Shown: positions 9,229-19,614 of the stretch, piece by piece | Layout of the letters: every line of letters begins with the position of its first letter | How positions within the stretch are numbered: position 1 is the stretch's first letter | Assembly (NCBI GenBank): GCA_965218695.1 | Contig: OZ244651.1 | Location: 2,144,001 to 2,208,000 of the forward strand | From: Nitrosopumilus sp. | Lineage (GTDB): Archaea; Thermoproteota; Nitrososphaeria; Nitrososphaerales; Nitrosopumilaceae | DNA length: 64,000 nucleotides | Reading direction: 5' to 3' | Made by a program: the position numbers and the translations under genes | The notes under the pieces: model-generated | What the model saw: only the letters and a program-made list of their open reading frames with translations | The model's database searches: none | What the model was told of the DNA's origin: nothing

Positions 9229-11880
9229 ATGAATAATTCTCAGATAGAAAATTCTATATCCCAAATCACGAAGCGAAGCGGAGCCGTTACTGTGTTCAAT
9301 AAGAACAAGATCTCAAATGCCATATACAAGGCACTGGATGCCACCTCCAAGGCCGATCGCAGTCTGGCCGATCAGCTTGCAGACCGGGTTGTAGCCAAGC
9401 TGGCCGAACAGGGATTTACAAAGTCCCATACCCCAACAGTGGAGCACATTCAGGACATTGTCGAGATGACACTGATTGACCACGGTCACAGTGACATAGC
9501 CAAGGCGTATATCGTATACAGACATGAGAGAAGAAAGCTCCGGGAGGAGAAGATGAAGGTTCTGAATCTGCGTGCGCTTGATCCGGTCTCAAAGAAGTTT
9601 GATCTGAACTGTCTGAGGGTGCTTGCATCAAGGTACCTGATGAGAAACGACAGGAATGAGATTATCGAGTCCCCTACACAGATGTTTGAAAGGGTTGCAA
9701 TAGTGGTGGCAATAGGGGATCTCATGTATGACTCTGCCATATTTGACAGGGCAGGGGGCCATGTTCAGAACACGGACGAGGCAGCGTCATACCTTCAAAA
9801 ACTGAACTCGTTTGACTACAAGTTCAAGATAGGGCAGTACTACCTCAACAAGTATCACTTTAGATCACTGATCAACCTGTATGTGGAACTTGGCAGACGG
9901 GAGCAGATGAGGATCAGTTTCAAGGCCTTGTTGATGTTGCTGGTAGGCAAGAAGCTTGACAAGTACGCCGACCGTGTTACAGAATATTTTGAGCTTATGA
10001 CATCACAGGACTTTCTACCAAACTCGCCTACGATGATGAATGCAGGAGGGAGGCTTGGACAGCTGTCTGCATGCTTTGTTCTGGGAATGGATGACGGCAT
10101 GGAGGAGATCATGAAGTCTACATCGGATGCGGCACTAATCTTCAAGTCTGGAGGTGGTGTCGGAATCAACTATTCAAATCTGCGAGAAGAAGGCGATATA
10201 GTGGCCTCTACTTCGGGAGTCGCATCAGGCCCTGTCTCATTTATGAATATAATCAATACTGTGACTGAGGTAGTCAAACAGGGAGGGAAGAGACGTGGGG
10301 CCAACATGGGCATCATAGAGTCGTGGCACCCTGATGTCGAAAAATTCATCACCAACAAGACCGAACCCGGGGTGCTGGAGAATTTTAATATTAGCGTTGG
10401 AATATGGGAGGATTTTTGGGATGCGCTGGTAAATACAAAGGACGGTAACTATGTCCTGCGCAGTCCTCGTGACAAGACCCCTGTCAAGGAGATAAACGCA
10501 CACCAGCTGACTGACCTGATTGCGCTGTCTGCATGGAAGAGTGCAGAGCCCGGACTCATATTCTTTGATCAAATCAACAAGTACAACGTATTTGCAAAGG
10601 CCCGGAAGGCCCCCCTGAGGGCAACCAATCCGTGCGGCGAGCAGAGTCTTTATCCGTACGAGTCATGCAATCTGGGATCCATCAACTTGGCAAACTTAGT
10701 CAACAGGCAGGCAGACGGATCCTACAAGTTTGACTGGCAGCGGTACGAGGAGATGATCAGAAAGACGACAAGATTCCTTGACAATATAATAGATGTCAAC
10801 AACTACCCAATTGAAGAGATCAGTAAGGCGTCAATAGAGTCTAGAAGAATAGGGCTTGGCGTAATGGGGGTGGCCGATCTTTTGTACAAGCTCCGCATTC
10901 CGTACAACTCCGAGGATGGCTACCGGATGCAGGCAAGGCTCTCTGAGGCCCTGACATACTATTCCATGGAGGAGAGTGTTGCACTTGCACGATCCCGTGG
11001 CGAGTTTCCGCTGTGTTCAAAGACAGAATACCCTGACGGAAAGATCCCCGTTGCCGGATACTATGAGAAGCCAAAGGAGCAGCACTCGTATGAGTGGGAT
11101 GCCCTGATTGAGAAGATCAAGACACACGGCATCCGAAACGTCCTGACTACCACCGTGGCGCCCACAGGAACCCTCTCCATGATTGCAGACTGTTCCAACG
11201 GAATGGAGCCTGCCTTTGCGCTGGTCTTTGAAAAAAGGGTCACCGTTGGAAGATTCTTTTACACAAACAAGGTAGTCCAGGATGCACTCAAGGAGGCCGG
11301 GCTTTACAATGACCAGATTCTTGCCAAGATCGCAGACAACTACGGTTCCCTGAAGGGAATTCCAGAGATTCCTCAGTGGATGCAGGATACGTTCGTGACT
11401 GCCATGGACATACACTGGACTGATCATCTTATGGCACAGGGTGTATGGCAGGACTGGATTGGAAATGCCATTGCCAAGACCATAAACATGCCGTATGATG
11501 TAACTGCTGAAGATGTAAAATCCGCATACCTGCTGGCCCATGAAATGGGTCTCAAGGGAATCACAGTATACAGGGACGGCTCCAGACACACGCAGGTACT
11601 TCACATGACAAGCCAGAATGCAGAGAAGACATTCGAGGTCAGGCCCAGCCGGTTTGTTACCGAGTTTATAGAATCCAACATTACAAACCCGTACGTCAGA
11701 TCCCATGCGATTGCAGCACTTGCGCTAAAGCCCCATGACAGTGAGATCAAGACCGAATCCCAAAAACCTGAGAATATACCCGAGGATCAACTGTGTCCCA
11801 CATGCAAGAATCGTCTTGCCTTCATGGAAGGTTGCAGCATCTGTATTGAATGTGGACACAGTGGCTGCACACCCGGATGA
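9229..11880 (+). CDS. nrdJ: Adenosylcobalamin-dependent class II ribonucleotide reductase with N-terminal ATP cone
   Basis: PNSPTMMNAG, LSACF, TNPCGEQ, CNLGSINL, APTGT and KGITVYRDGSR. TTTATAA at ~9191. Confidence 0.95.
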   Translation: MNNSQIENSISQITKRSGAVTVFNKNKISNAIYKALDATSKADRSLADQLADRVVAKLAEQGFTKSHTPTVEHIQDIVEMTLIDHGHSDIAKAYIVYRHERRKLREEKMKVLNLRALDPVSKKFDLNCLRVLASRYLMRNDRNEIIESPTQMFERVAIVVAIGDLMYDSAIFDRAGGHVQNTDEAASYLQKLNSFDYKFKIGQYYLNKYHFRSLINLYVELGRREQMRISFKALLMLLVGKKLDKYADRVTEYFELMTSQDFLPNSPTMMNAGGRLGQLSACFVLGMDDGMEEIMKSTSDAALIFKSGGGVGINYSNLREEGDIVASTSGVASGPVSFMNIINTVTEVVKQGGKRRGANMGIIESWHPDVEKFITNKTEPGVLENFNISVGIWEDFWDALVNTKDGNYVLRSPRDKTPVKEINAHQLTDLIALSAWKSAEPGLIFFDQINKYNVFAKARKAPLRATNPCGEQSLYPYESCNLGSINLANLVNRQADGSYKFDWQRYEEMIRKTTRFLDNIIDVNNYPIEEISKASIESRRIGLGVMGVADLLYKLRIPYNSEDGYRMQARLSEALTYYSMEESVALARSRGEFPLCSKTEYPDGKIPVAGYYEKPKEQHSYEWDALIEKIKTHGIRNVLTTTVAPTGTLSMIADCSNGMEPAFALVFEKRVTVGRFFYTNKVVQDALKEAGLYNDQILAKIADNYGSLKGIPEIPQWMQDTFVTAMDIHWTDHLMAQGVWQDWIGNAIAKTINMPYDVTAEDVKSAYLLAHEMGLKGITVYRDGSRHTQVLHMTSQNAEKTFEVRPSRFVTEFIESNITNPYVRSHAIAALALKPHDSEIKTESQKPENIPEDQLCPTCKNRLAFMEGCSICIECGHSGCTPG

Positions 11881-12362
11881 TCAAATCCTGCAAGATTGCC
11901 GTGTCAAAACAGTAAACCTACACTGTGATCAGACCCACGCATATGCCACAGGGTTTTCAGACATGGGTGCGGCATCCGGCGGGCATGTTTAGGACACATA
12001 CAGTTGCCAATGATTAACCATGATCATGTATCCGCGCTTTTCTAGTGGCACGGATTCCCAAAAGTATGATGGGATTCCTGGCCCCTAAAACATGTGGAGT
12101 GATATTGAAAAAACCGATTTACAATTCAAATCAGAGTTGTCTTGTTTGTTTATCTGTTTGAACACAATAGAATTCTTCCACATTTACAGGTATTTCCAGT
12201 TGCCTTTTCGTGCGCTATGATGCTTCATTGGGAACAGATTTTTCGGTTTTTGTTGTTTTTTGAATTTAGTGCATCAGCAAATCCATAAAAATTCCACTAA
12301 TCCGGACATTGTATTTGCGGATCTGATTGATATGTGTCCTCTGATTTTCCGTGTAAGATTTG

Positions 12363-13888
12363 GTAAGTGTTCACGTGGTTTAACTCATTTTTAGGCGTAT
12401 TTTGCAATCTCCGCCAAGTAATCCAATTTCTTGTTTTTCCATGTCATTACACATGAAAAGAAATTCGCCATCCACGTCATCGTCTCCTCTGCCCTTATGC
12501 TGCCCCGTATTTTTCTGTGCACGACTATCTCGCGCAACCCGCGTTCTGCAGCATTGTTTGTAGGCGGGATCTTTGGGTTCAGCACGAACCGGAACAGGTC
12601 GCTGCCAGCATTGCTGATCTTGACCATGAATTTTTCCAATATTGGATCGTCGGCGTACCTTGCAACGATCTTTTCGATGCATGACGTCAGCATGGCAGAC
12701 GCGTTGTCCCGGAGAGAGCGCGAGCGTTTCCTGCTTGCCCTTCTGGCATAATCATAGATTATGCGCAGGTGCTTCAGGACGTTGCGCGCGCCTGGGCAGT
12801 CCGGATTGCGGTTGCAGATGTCCCTGGCCTCGCGTATTATGTGCGACCAGCAGCGCTGGACGCGGTATTTTCCGTACGCCGTCCAGCCGTCGCACACTAA
12901 CGTGCCGTCCCAACCCCCAAGCGCTTCTTTCAGAACCTTTGCCCCCCGGCTGTCCCGTATCACGTACAGCGCGTGCCCGGTCAGCGGATCGTGCAGTATC
13001 CACACCCAGACGTTGCGGCCGTTTAGGTGAATCGATGTCTCGTCGGCGTGCAGTATCTTGGCCTTGCGTATCATGGCGGCAATGGCTGCCGCAGGGGCGC
13101 CCAGCGACGTTCCCAGCCTGCGCATTATGTTGTGCGCCGTGCCCGAGGAGAGTGTAATTCCGTACCGCGACATGCGGTCTGCGATCATCCTAAACGGCAT
13201 GCGACACACGTAATCGTCTGCAACATCAGTCGTTATGCTCGGATCGTAGCTGCCCTTGTCTGGAAGGCCGGTCTCGGGCTTGATGTCCACCAGACCGCAG
13301 GAGCAGCGACACGTGTTTATGGTGTGGCGCGTGGTGATGACCTTTATCGTGCGCTCCACCTTGGTAATGTCGCGTTTTTCTGACTGCACTATGGAAAGGC
13401 TACCCGAGCCGCATTCGGGGCAGGCCTCCGGGGTGTGTTCCTCAAACTCGGTGGGTTTTGGCTTGCGGGTGCGGCCCATGTGGCCTTTTTGCCCCCCGCG
13501 CGACTTCCCGCTGCCGGCCGCATCCACGCGGTCCTTTTGATCCCGGGAGGCTTTTGTGGATTTATTGTAGGCATTCTTTTCGTCGCCTTTTCCCTTTGTG
13601 TCAGGCCATCCGGGCCCCCTTTTTTGTGATGACGGGGTGTTGTAATTGTCATGCCGCACCAGCCTGCGCTTAAGATCAGCAACTGCCAGATTCAATTCCT
13701 CAATTATCTGCCCTTGCATCTCAATCGTCTGCTTGAGCTTGATGTTCTCAGTCTTGAGATCCGTGTACATCTTTTTGAGTTCAGCCTGGCTTTTCACATC
13801 GGGTTTGGATTACCATCCTATTTGGATCTGTGGTTTGCACAAAATTTACCCAAGAGTGAACTGAATTAGGCACGACGTGAACACTTAC
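12363..13888 (-). mobile_element. IS66-family insertion sequence (single-ORF, ISBst12-like)
   Basis: 14-bp TIR GTAAGTGTTCACGT at 12363-12376 and 13875-13888. 8-bp TSD AAGATTTG at 12355-12362 and 13889-13896. Confidence 0.93.
12391..13797 (-). CDS. IS66-family DDE transposase
   Basis: Coiled coil, GGQKGH, CPEC zinc finger, HADET, CDGW, QRCWSH and TNNAAERGLR. Confidence 0.92.
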   Translation of the reverse strand: MKSQAELKKMYTDLKTENIKLKQTIEMQGQIIEELNLAVADLKRRLVRHDNYNTPSSQKRGPGWPDTKGKGDEKNAYNKSTKASRDQKDRVDAAGSGKSRGGQKGHMGRTRKPKPTEFEEHTPEACPECGSGSLSIVQSEKRDITKVERTIKVITTRHTINTCRCSCGLVDIKPETGLPDKGSYDPSITTDVADDYVCRMPFRMIADRMSRYGITLSSGTAHNIMRRLGTSLGAPAAAIAAMIRKAKILHADETSIHLNGRNVWVWILHDPLTGHALYVIRDSRGAKVLKEALGGWDGTLVCDGWTAYGKYRVQRCWSHIIREARDICNRNPDCPGARNVLKHLRIIYDYARRASRKRSRSLRDNASAMLTSCIEKIVARYADDPILEKFMVKISNAGSDLFRFVLNPKIPPTNNAAERGLREIVVHRKIRGSIRAEETMTWMANFFSCVMTWKNKKLDYLAEIAKYA

Positions 13889-14187
13889 AAGATTTGTATC
13901 ATTAATTATGATATTTTCCCTTGTTTTAGAGACTCTTCCCATCTCATACCCTCGATCCCTATTGTGGTGCAGTGTTTTATCCGGGTTTGTTTTCTGATGT
14001 AGTGGGAATGGCCGTTCTGCAAGTGCCGTCTTGCCAGAGCCTGCGATGCCTGTCATGAAAATCACTTCTGTGATGTGTTCGGGACAGACTAGAAGATAAT
14101 TCTTGATGTGTTTGTGACTTTTTGACTACATCCCTGCAGAGCCAAACACCACAATGATTTTTTACCTGTTCTTTCTTTTCAGCATAT

Positions 14188-15339
14188 GTGAAACGATGGA
14201 TTCCGGGAATAGCTGCAGGCGCAGCTGCTGCAATTATAGTATTGGTTGTGGTAACAGTGTCAGAACCGGATGCAGTCGACCCGGTTACATCTGTACCAGA
14301 TGTAACTGTTCCTACACACAATGACAAAATCGGCTTGGTGGTCAACACGCCAAGCAAGGCAGTATCGCTTAAACAGGTTGACAAGGCATTTCTGGACGCC
14401 TCATCCACCGGGATAGGAAGAACCAACATGTATCTCTTCTGGAATATAATAGAGCCCAAGCAAGGTGAATTTGACTGGAGCCAGTCAGACATACTTATGG
14501 GACTAAGTGAAAAGAATGATCTCGGGGTGACGCTGTTCTTCTCTGTAATAAACGGCAAGATACTCGGGCCGTTCCCAGACTGGATGGAACAGCCATCGCT
14601 TGGCTCCATAGGGGAAGACAACCTTGCCAATGTTCTTGATGCGATTCTTCTCCGGTATGACATAGTGGATACTGTCATCATAGGCGGATCCACAGAGTCC
14701 CAGTTTCGTTACAACGAGCAGAACATCCCTGCATACAGGGATCTGTTTGTCGGGGTTTATGACATACTCAAGGAGAAACATCCGGATGTGATGTTTGGAA
14801 ACTCGTTTGCACTCCACCACGTGATAAACAAGAACCTGGATCATATGGTAGGCGAGCTTGCAGTGGGTGATCTTGTGGCATTTTCGTATATTCCTGTTGA
14901 CAGCCTCAACGACATAGTCAGGACGCCTGTAGAGGCAGCAGCCGATCTGGACAGGGCCATCGAGCTTGCCGCAGGAAAGCCGGCAGGATTCCTAGAGGTA
15001 AGCTGGGGCACATCGGACTTTGTGGGGGGCAGCAATGAATCCCAGAGGGAGTTTGTAGAACAGATGTTTGGGTTTTATTCTGAGAACGAATCCGGAATAG
15101 AGTTTCTGACATGGGCCAGGCAGCATGACAGGCCGGAGGGAACCTGTGTCACAGAACAGCAGGACATAGGTTCAGAGAGGATCACCGTGGGAGGCAACTC
15201 CATTCTTGGCACCAGCGAGTTTGTTATCGAACGGCTGGATCGTTACGTCTGCAGTTCCGGACTTGTAGATGTGGATGGAACTCCCAAGCCTGCCTGGAAC
15301 GAATTTAAGAATCAAATAGAGATGATCAGCACAGGATGA
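14188..15339 (+). CDS. Membrane-anchored protein with glycoside-hydrolase-like TIM barrel
   Basis: N-terminal TM segment. WNIIEPKQGEFDWS and GLVDVDGTPKPAW resemble GH clan A signatures. Function uncertain. Confidence 0.55.
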   Translation: MKRWIPGIAAGAAAAIIVLVVVTVSEPDAVDPVTSVPDVTVPTHNDKIGLVVNTPSKAVSLKQVDKAFLDASSTGIGRTNMYLFWNIIEPKQGEFDWSQSDILMGLSEKNDLGVTLFFSVINGKILGPFPDWMEQPSLGSIGEDNLANVLDAILLRYDIVDTVIIGGSTESQFRYNEQNIPAYRDLFVGVYDILKEKHPDVMFGNSFALHHVINKNLDHMVGELAVGDLVAFSYIPVDSLNDIVRTPVEAAADLDRAIELAAGKPAGFLEVSWGTSDFVGGSNESQREFVEQMFGFYSENESGIEFLTWARQHDRPEGTCVTEQQDIGSERITVGGNSILGTSEFVIERLDRYVCSSGLVDVDGTPKPAWNEFKNQIEMISTG

Positions 15340-16004
15340 TCTCGTTGGTTCTGGCAGAGTCGTCTCTGGAGCTGGTACCTGCGGAAATTCGGTCCCACCC
15401 GTCAGTAGTCCGGCATGCCAAGAGGCTTGGCAGGATGCCGTCTGAGATACTGCTGGACAACTCATGGCATTTTGCTGCAATGAGAAAGATCGACTGCCAG
15501 ATCAAGCGGGGACGGCCAGACCTAGTCCATTTTTCAATACTTGAGGCAGTCACAACTCCGCTGTACCTGCGGGATCATCTGAAACTGTACATCCACACCA
15601 TTAACGACAAGGTAATACGATTTGGATCCGGCGTCCGCATACCAAAGTCATACCACCGCTTTGAGGGCATCATGGAGAGGCTGTACCGAGACAGACAGAT
15701 TGCAGCAGACGGCTGCATGCTGCTTGAGCTTGCAGACGTAACCCTGCCGGCACTGCTTGAACAGATTAATCCTGCAACAACGATAGGGCTGTCCACCAAG
15801 GGAATGCCCTCCACATACGAGGGCATTGCAACAGAGATTCCGGATAATGCCTGCATTGTGATCGGGGGGTTCCAAAAGGGACATTTTTCTGATTCTGTTC
15901 AGAGTCTGTTTGATGCAGTATACTCTGTAGGGGACATGTCTCTTGAGGGCCATGTGGTGACTGCCAGAATGCTCTACGAGTATGAAAAGACCATTTTTAT
16001 TTAG
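15336..16004 (+). CDS. nep1: 16S rRNA pseudouridine N1-methyltransferase Nep1/EMG1
   Basis: RGRPDLVH, RIPKSYHRFEG and IGGFQKGHF. Confidence 0.92.
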   Translation: MISLVLAESSLELVPAEIRSHPSVVRHAKRLGRMPSEILLDNSWHFAAMRKIDCQIKRGRPDLVHFSILEAVTTPLYLRDHLKLYIHTINDKVIRFGSGVRIPKSYHRFEGIMERLYRDRQIAADGCMLLELADVTLPALLEQINPATTIGLSTKGMPSTYEGIATEIPDNACIVIGGFQKGHFSDSVQSLFDAVYSVGDMSLEGHVVTARMLYEYEKTIFI

Positions 16005-16026
16005 GCATCTGAATCCGCATACTGTC

Positions 16027-16100
16027 GCAGTCATAGTATAGCCTGGTTAGTATTCGGGGTTTCCAACCCTGCCACGCGGGTTCGAATCCCGCTGACTGCA
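16027..16100 (+). tRNA. tRNA-Gly (TCC)
   Basis: Acceptor stem GCAGTCA/TGACTGC, anticodon arm CGGGG-TTTCCAA-CCCTG and T-arm GCGGG-TTCGAAT-CCCGC. Confidence 0.93.
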
Positions 16101-16170
16101 CTCTTATGATACCATACGGATGTCTGCATACGGCGCAAACCAATTTTTAGGCGCATCCCGGAGCAGTGTC

Positions 16171-16473
16171 GTGAAACCTGCAGTCCGGAGGGTGGCATTG
16201 GAGAGGATGGAGATTCTTGTCAGAACCGCAATCTCCAATGCAAGATCGGATCCAGGCCTTGCCCGACGCCAGGCGATGCTGGCACGCAGAATCAGTACCC
16301 GGCACAGGATACGAATGCCATACCACCTCCGAATGGCATTCTGCAAAAAATGCAAGTCGTTTATCGCACCGGGAATTGGCTCCCGTATCAGAGTAGGACG
16401 ATCCCCCGTCAAGTCGATCAGGATCTCCTGCCTGCTGTGCGGGCACACGTACCGTAAAATTATATCTCAATGA
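16171..16473 (+). CDS. rnp4: Ribonuclease P protein component 4 (Rpp21)
   Basis: A.ER..IL, FCKKC and CLLCG. Start is uncertain (16120 or 16171). Confidence 0.85.
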   Translation: MKPAVRRVALERMEILVRTAISNARSDPGLARRQAMLARRISTRHRIRMPYHLRMAFCKKCKSFIAPGIGSRIRVGRSPVKSIRISCLLCGHTYRKIISQ

Positions 16474-16504
16474 TTTATAAGACGATTCACGATTTTCTGT
16501 CTTC

Positions 16505-16957
16505 ATGGCAAAGGTCTATGACGTACCTGCAGATGTATTGATTGAACAGATGGCAGAGATTCTAAAGGGCGAGGACATTCCCGCCCCGTCGTGGATTCCG
16601 TTTGTCAAGACCGGGGCACATGCAGACAAGCCCCCGCAGAACAGGGAGTGGTGGCATACAAGATGTGCCTCCATACTAAGAAAGATCTACCTGTACGGTC
16701 CTGTTGGCATTAACAAATTACGACACAACTATGGCGGCGGCAGGCCGTCAGGATACGGTGCTGCACATCACAGGGATGCCGGGGGAGCGATCATCCGCAA
16801 TGCCGTACACGGGCTGGAGAAGCTTGGCTATGTCGAGAAGATCGACAAGAAGGGCAGGATGGTTTCCAGAAACGGCATGCAGAAACTTGATAGGCTTTCA
16901 ACTGAGATTCTTAACGGAATGATCGCCCAGAACCCCCAACTAAAGGTGTACTCCTAG
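16505..16957 (+). CDS. rps19e: 30S ribosomal protein S19e
   Basis: VYDVPAD, FVKTG and WWHTRCASILRKIY. Confidence 0.95.
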   Translation: MAKVYDVPADVLIEQMAEILKGEDIPAPSWIPFVKTGAHADKPPQNREWWHTRCASILRKIYLYGPVGINKLRHNYGGGRPSGYGAAHHRDAGGAIIRNAVHGLEKLGYVEKIDKKGRMVSRNGMQKLDRLSTEILNGMIAQNPQLKVYS

Positions 16958-16964
16958 ATTCGCG

Positions 16965-17237
16965 ATGAGCTTTCCTGAACCCAACGAACAACCCCCGAAC
17001 AATGAGGTAGCCGCCCAAAAGGAACAGATTCTCAAGCAGATTCTCTCCCCGGAGGCCAGGATGAGACTGGGTAACATTAAGATGGTAAGGCCGGAGATGT
17101 CCAACCTTGTAGAGCAGTATCTCATTGGGATGGCAACCAAGGGGCAGATTCACGGGCAGCTCACAGATGCCCAGCTCAAGCAGATCCTGCTCTCCATCCA
17201 GCAACCCAAACGCGACTTTAAGATAAACCGTGTCTAG
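16965..17237 (+). CDS. PDCD5/TFAR19-related DNA-binding protein
   Basis: ILSPEARMRLGNIKMVRPE; conserved position after rps19e. Confidence 0.9.
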   Translation: MSFPEPNEQPPNNEVAAQKEQILKQILSPEARMRLGNIKMVRPEMSNLVEQYLIGMATKGQIHGQLTDAQLKQILLSIQQPKRDFKINRV

Positions 17238-17464
17238 CAGCGTTGGGAGTTCTCACAGGTGCTGCGTGTGACGCATTGCCTGAATTGCCCCCCCATTACC
17301 ACATACCAGAATGACTCTGCAGGACAGAACCCCTTGAAAATCATGCACGAATTGCCAATGTGGCCCGTACATGCTCAGGTCCCGATTGGTTCTAGGCACA
17401 AATTTGTAAGCAGTTCCGTATTTTCACGCCTACGCCGGCAGTAGGTCAGTATGTGCTGGTGCCC

Positions 17465-17557
17465 GTAACTGTTTAGGTTCGTACGTAAATTTCAGGATTG
17501 GTAGGCGTGAACTTGATCCGTTGCAAACTTGGCGTAGGCGTGAACCTAGACAGTTAC
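17465..17557. mobile_element. 93-bp MITE-like relic with IS66-type (GTAA...) ends
   Basis: 16-bp inverted repeat GTAACTGT(T/C)TAGGTTC at 17465-17480 and 17542-17557. Flanking direct repeat CTG(G/T)TGCCC. Confidence 0.55.
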
Positions 17558-17606
17558 CTGTTGCCCACTGATAAAATATAATTATGGGTAAATATCCGCT
17601 TTAAGC

Positions 17607-18686
17607 ATGAAGGCAGTTGTATACAGCGAATATGCGTCAGATGACGACTATGCCCGTATACTCAAGGTTCAGGACATTGATGACCCAAAACCAAAACCCA
17701 ACGAAGTGGTCTTTGAGGTAAAGACAGCAGCCCTTAACTATAACGACATCTGGGGCATGAGGGGCCAGCCGGTTCCTGTACCACTGCCACATGTTTCAGG
17801 TTCTGATGCGGCCGGTGACGTTGTTGCAGTAGGCGAGGATGTAAGGAACATCAAGGTGGGAGACAGGGTAGTGTCCCACTCCAACATGTCATGCAGGGTC
17901 TGCAAGGCGTGTACCGACGGAAGAGAGTTTGACTGCATCCACAGGACAATCTGGGGATTCCAGACGGGTCCCACCTGGGGAGCCTATCAGGAACTGACCC
18001 ACCTGCCGGAGGTCAACATCTCAAAGATTCCCGAAGGGGTATCCTATGACGACGCGGCTGCCGCGTCAATGACAATACTTACATCATGGCACATGCTTGT
18101 GGGAAGGGCAAGGATCACACCCGGACAGACTGTCCTGATTATGGGAGGCGGTTCCGGGGTAGGAAGCTTTGGCATTCAGATTGCCAAGCTGTACAACTGT
18201 GACGTGATAGCAACTGCCAGTCCGGACAAGCTTGACAAGTGCCTTGAACTCGGTGCAGACTATGCAGTTGATCACAGAAAGGACGATTGGCACAAGGAGG
18301 TTCGGGCAATCACAAAAGGCATTGCAAAGAAAAAGGGAGAGGCACCAGGAATCGATATCTCCTTTGATCACATAGGCCAGACCCACTGGAACAAGCAGCT
18401 CACCCTACTCAAATACGGTGCAACACTTGTCTCATGCGGAGCCACCACCGGATATGACGCCAAGACGGATCTTAGACATGTCTTCTTCAAGGGTACCAAC
18501 ATTCTGGGATCCACACAAGGCACCAAGGCCGAACTGGATCAGGCACTCTACTGGATGGGTCAGGGCAAGATAAAATCTGCAATAGATTCTGTATACTCTT
18601 TTGAACAGGCAGCAGAGGCGCATACAAAGATGCTGACAGGAAAGGGTCTGTTTGGCAAAATCTTAATGAAGCCCGAAGGCGCCTAA
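17607..18686 (+). CDS. Zinc-binding MDR dehydrogenase/reductase (candidate acryloyl-CoA reductase)
   Basis: GSDAAG, structural Zn CRVCKAC...C and GGGSGVG. Confidence 0.8.
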   Translation: MKAVVYSEYASDDDYARILKVQDIDDPKPKPNEVVFEVKTAALNYNDIWGMRGQPVPVPLPHVSGSDAAGDVVAVGEDVRNIKVGDRVVSHSNMSCRVCKACTDGREFDCIHRTIWGFQTGPTWGAYQELTHLPEVNISKIPEGVSYDDAAAASMTILTSWHMLVGRARITPGQTVLIMGGGSGVGSFGIQIAKLYNCDVIATASPDKLDKCLELGADYAVDHRKDDWHKEVRAITKGIAKKKGEAPGIDISFDHIGQTHWNKQLTLLKYGATLVSCGATTGYDAKTDLRHVFFKGTNILGSTQGTKAELDQALYWMGQGKIKSAIDSVYSFEQAAEAHTKMLTGKGLFGKILMKPEGA

Positions 18687-18693
18687 CCGCTTC

Positions 18694-19551
18694 ATGACGC
18701 AGCTCTTTCGCAGTCTCATATTTGTCCCCGGAAACAATCCAAGGTTTCTAGAAAAGGCAAAATCATTCCAGGCAGACATCATGTGTCTTGATCTGGAGGA
18801 CTCTGTACCGGATGCAGAGAAGGCAGGAGCGCGAGGGCTGATAAGGAATGCCCTTGAATCGCACAACTCATACAAATCCACCCTATTTGTCCGGACAAAC
18901 TCTCCGGCATCCGGGCTGGTCCGAACTGATCTTGAGGAGACAGTCGGGGAAGGTTTGGGCGGGATCGTGGTGCCAAAAGTCGATGATACAAAGGCCTTGG
19001 AGGACATAGCAGGGATTCTGTCCGGGCTTGAGGAGGCAAGGGGAATTGAACCGATTCGGATACTCCCCTCAATAGAGTCGGCCAAGGGTGTGGTCAACAC
19101 GTACCAGATAGCATCCTTTGGGACAAGGGTGCCTGCGGTGGTCTTTGGCGTCTTTGACCTGCTCAATGATCTGGGGGTAGAGTACGCCAAGGACGTGCCT
19201 GGCATTGCGTACTCCCGGGCAAAGATTCCAGTGGATGCGCGCGCTGCAGGCGTTGCTGCAATTGATGCAATATGGCAGGATCTTCGGGATTCAAAGGGGC
19301 TTGAGGACGACTGCCAGGCAGGCAAGAGCCTCGGATACTCTGGAAAAAGCATAATACACCCGGATCAGATCGAGACTGTCCACAGGCTGTTCTACCCGAA
19401 CCCGTACGAGATCATGTGGGCCCGAAAAGTTTGCAGGGCATACCTTGAATCGGCAAGGGGCGGGACAGGCGCCACCACCGTCGACGGCAGAATGATAGAC
19501 GAGGTCCACTTCAAGCAGGCAAGGGCGCTTCTTGATCTTGTAGGGGAATGA
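18694..19551 (+). CDS. HpcH/CitE-family CoA-ester lyase
   Basis: RSLIFVPG, DLEDSV, IESAKG and GKSIIHPDQI. Confidence 0.88.
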   Translation: MTQLFRSLIFVPGNNPRFLEKAKSFQADIMCLDLEDSVPDAEKAGARGLIRNALESHNSYKSTLFVRTNSPASGLVRTDLEETVGEGLGGIVVPKVDDTKALEDIAGILSGLEEARGIEPIRILPSIESAKGVVNTYQIASFGTRVPAVVFGVFDLLNDLGVEYAKDVPGIAYSRAKIPVDARAAGVAAIDAIWQDLRDSKGLEDDCQAGKSLGYSGKSIIHPDQIETVHRLFYPNPYEIMWARKVCRAYLESARGGTGATTVDGRMIDEVHFKQARALLDLVGE

Positions 19552-19614
19552 ACAATCACCCAAAACGGCTCCTTCCAGATAGATTAAAGACTGTCCACTG
19601 TCCACACATGTGTA

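Larger units (their letters stand above)
12130..14065 (-). pseudogene. Degraded P-loop kinase (AAA_33/polynucleotide kinase-like) split by IS66
   Basis: Right of the IS: MTGIAGSGKT (Walker A)...IIINDTNL. Left of the IS it continues as TRKIR, with frameshifted pieces such as RQLEIP. Ends are approximate. Confidence 0.55.
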
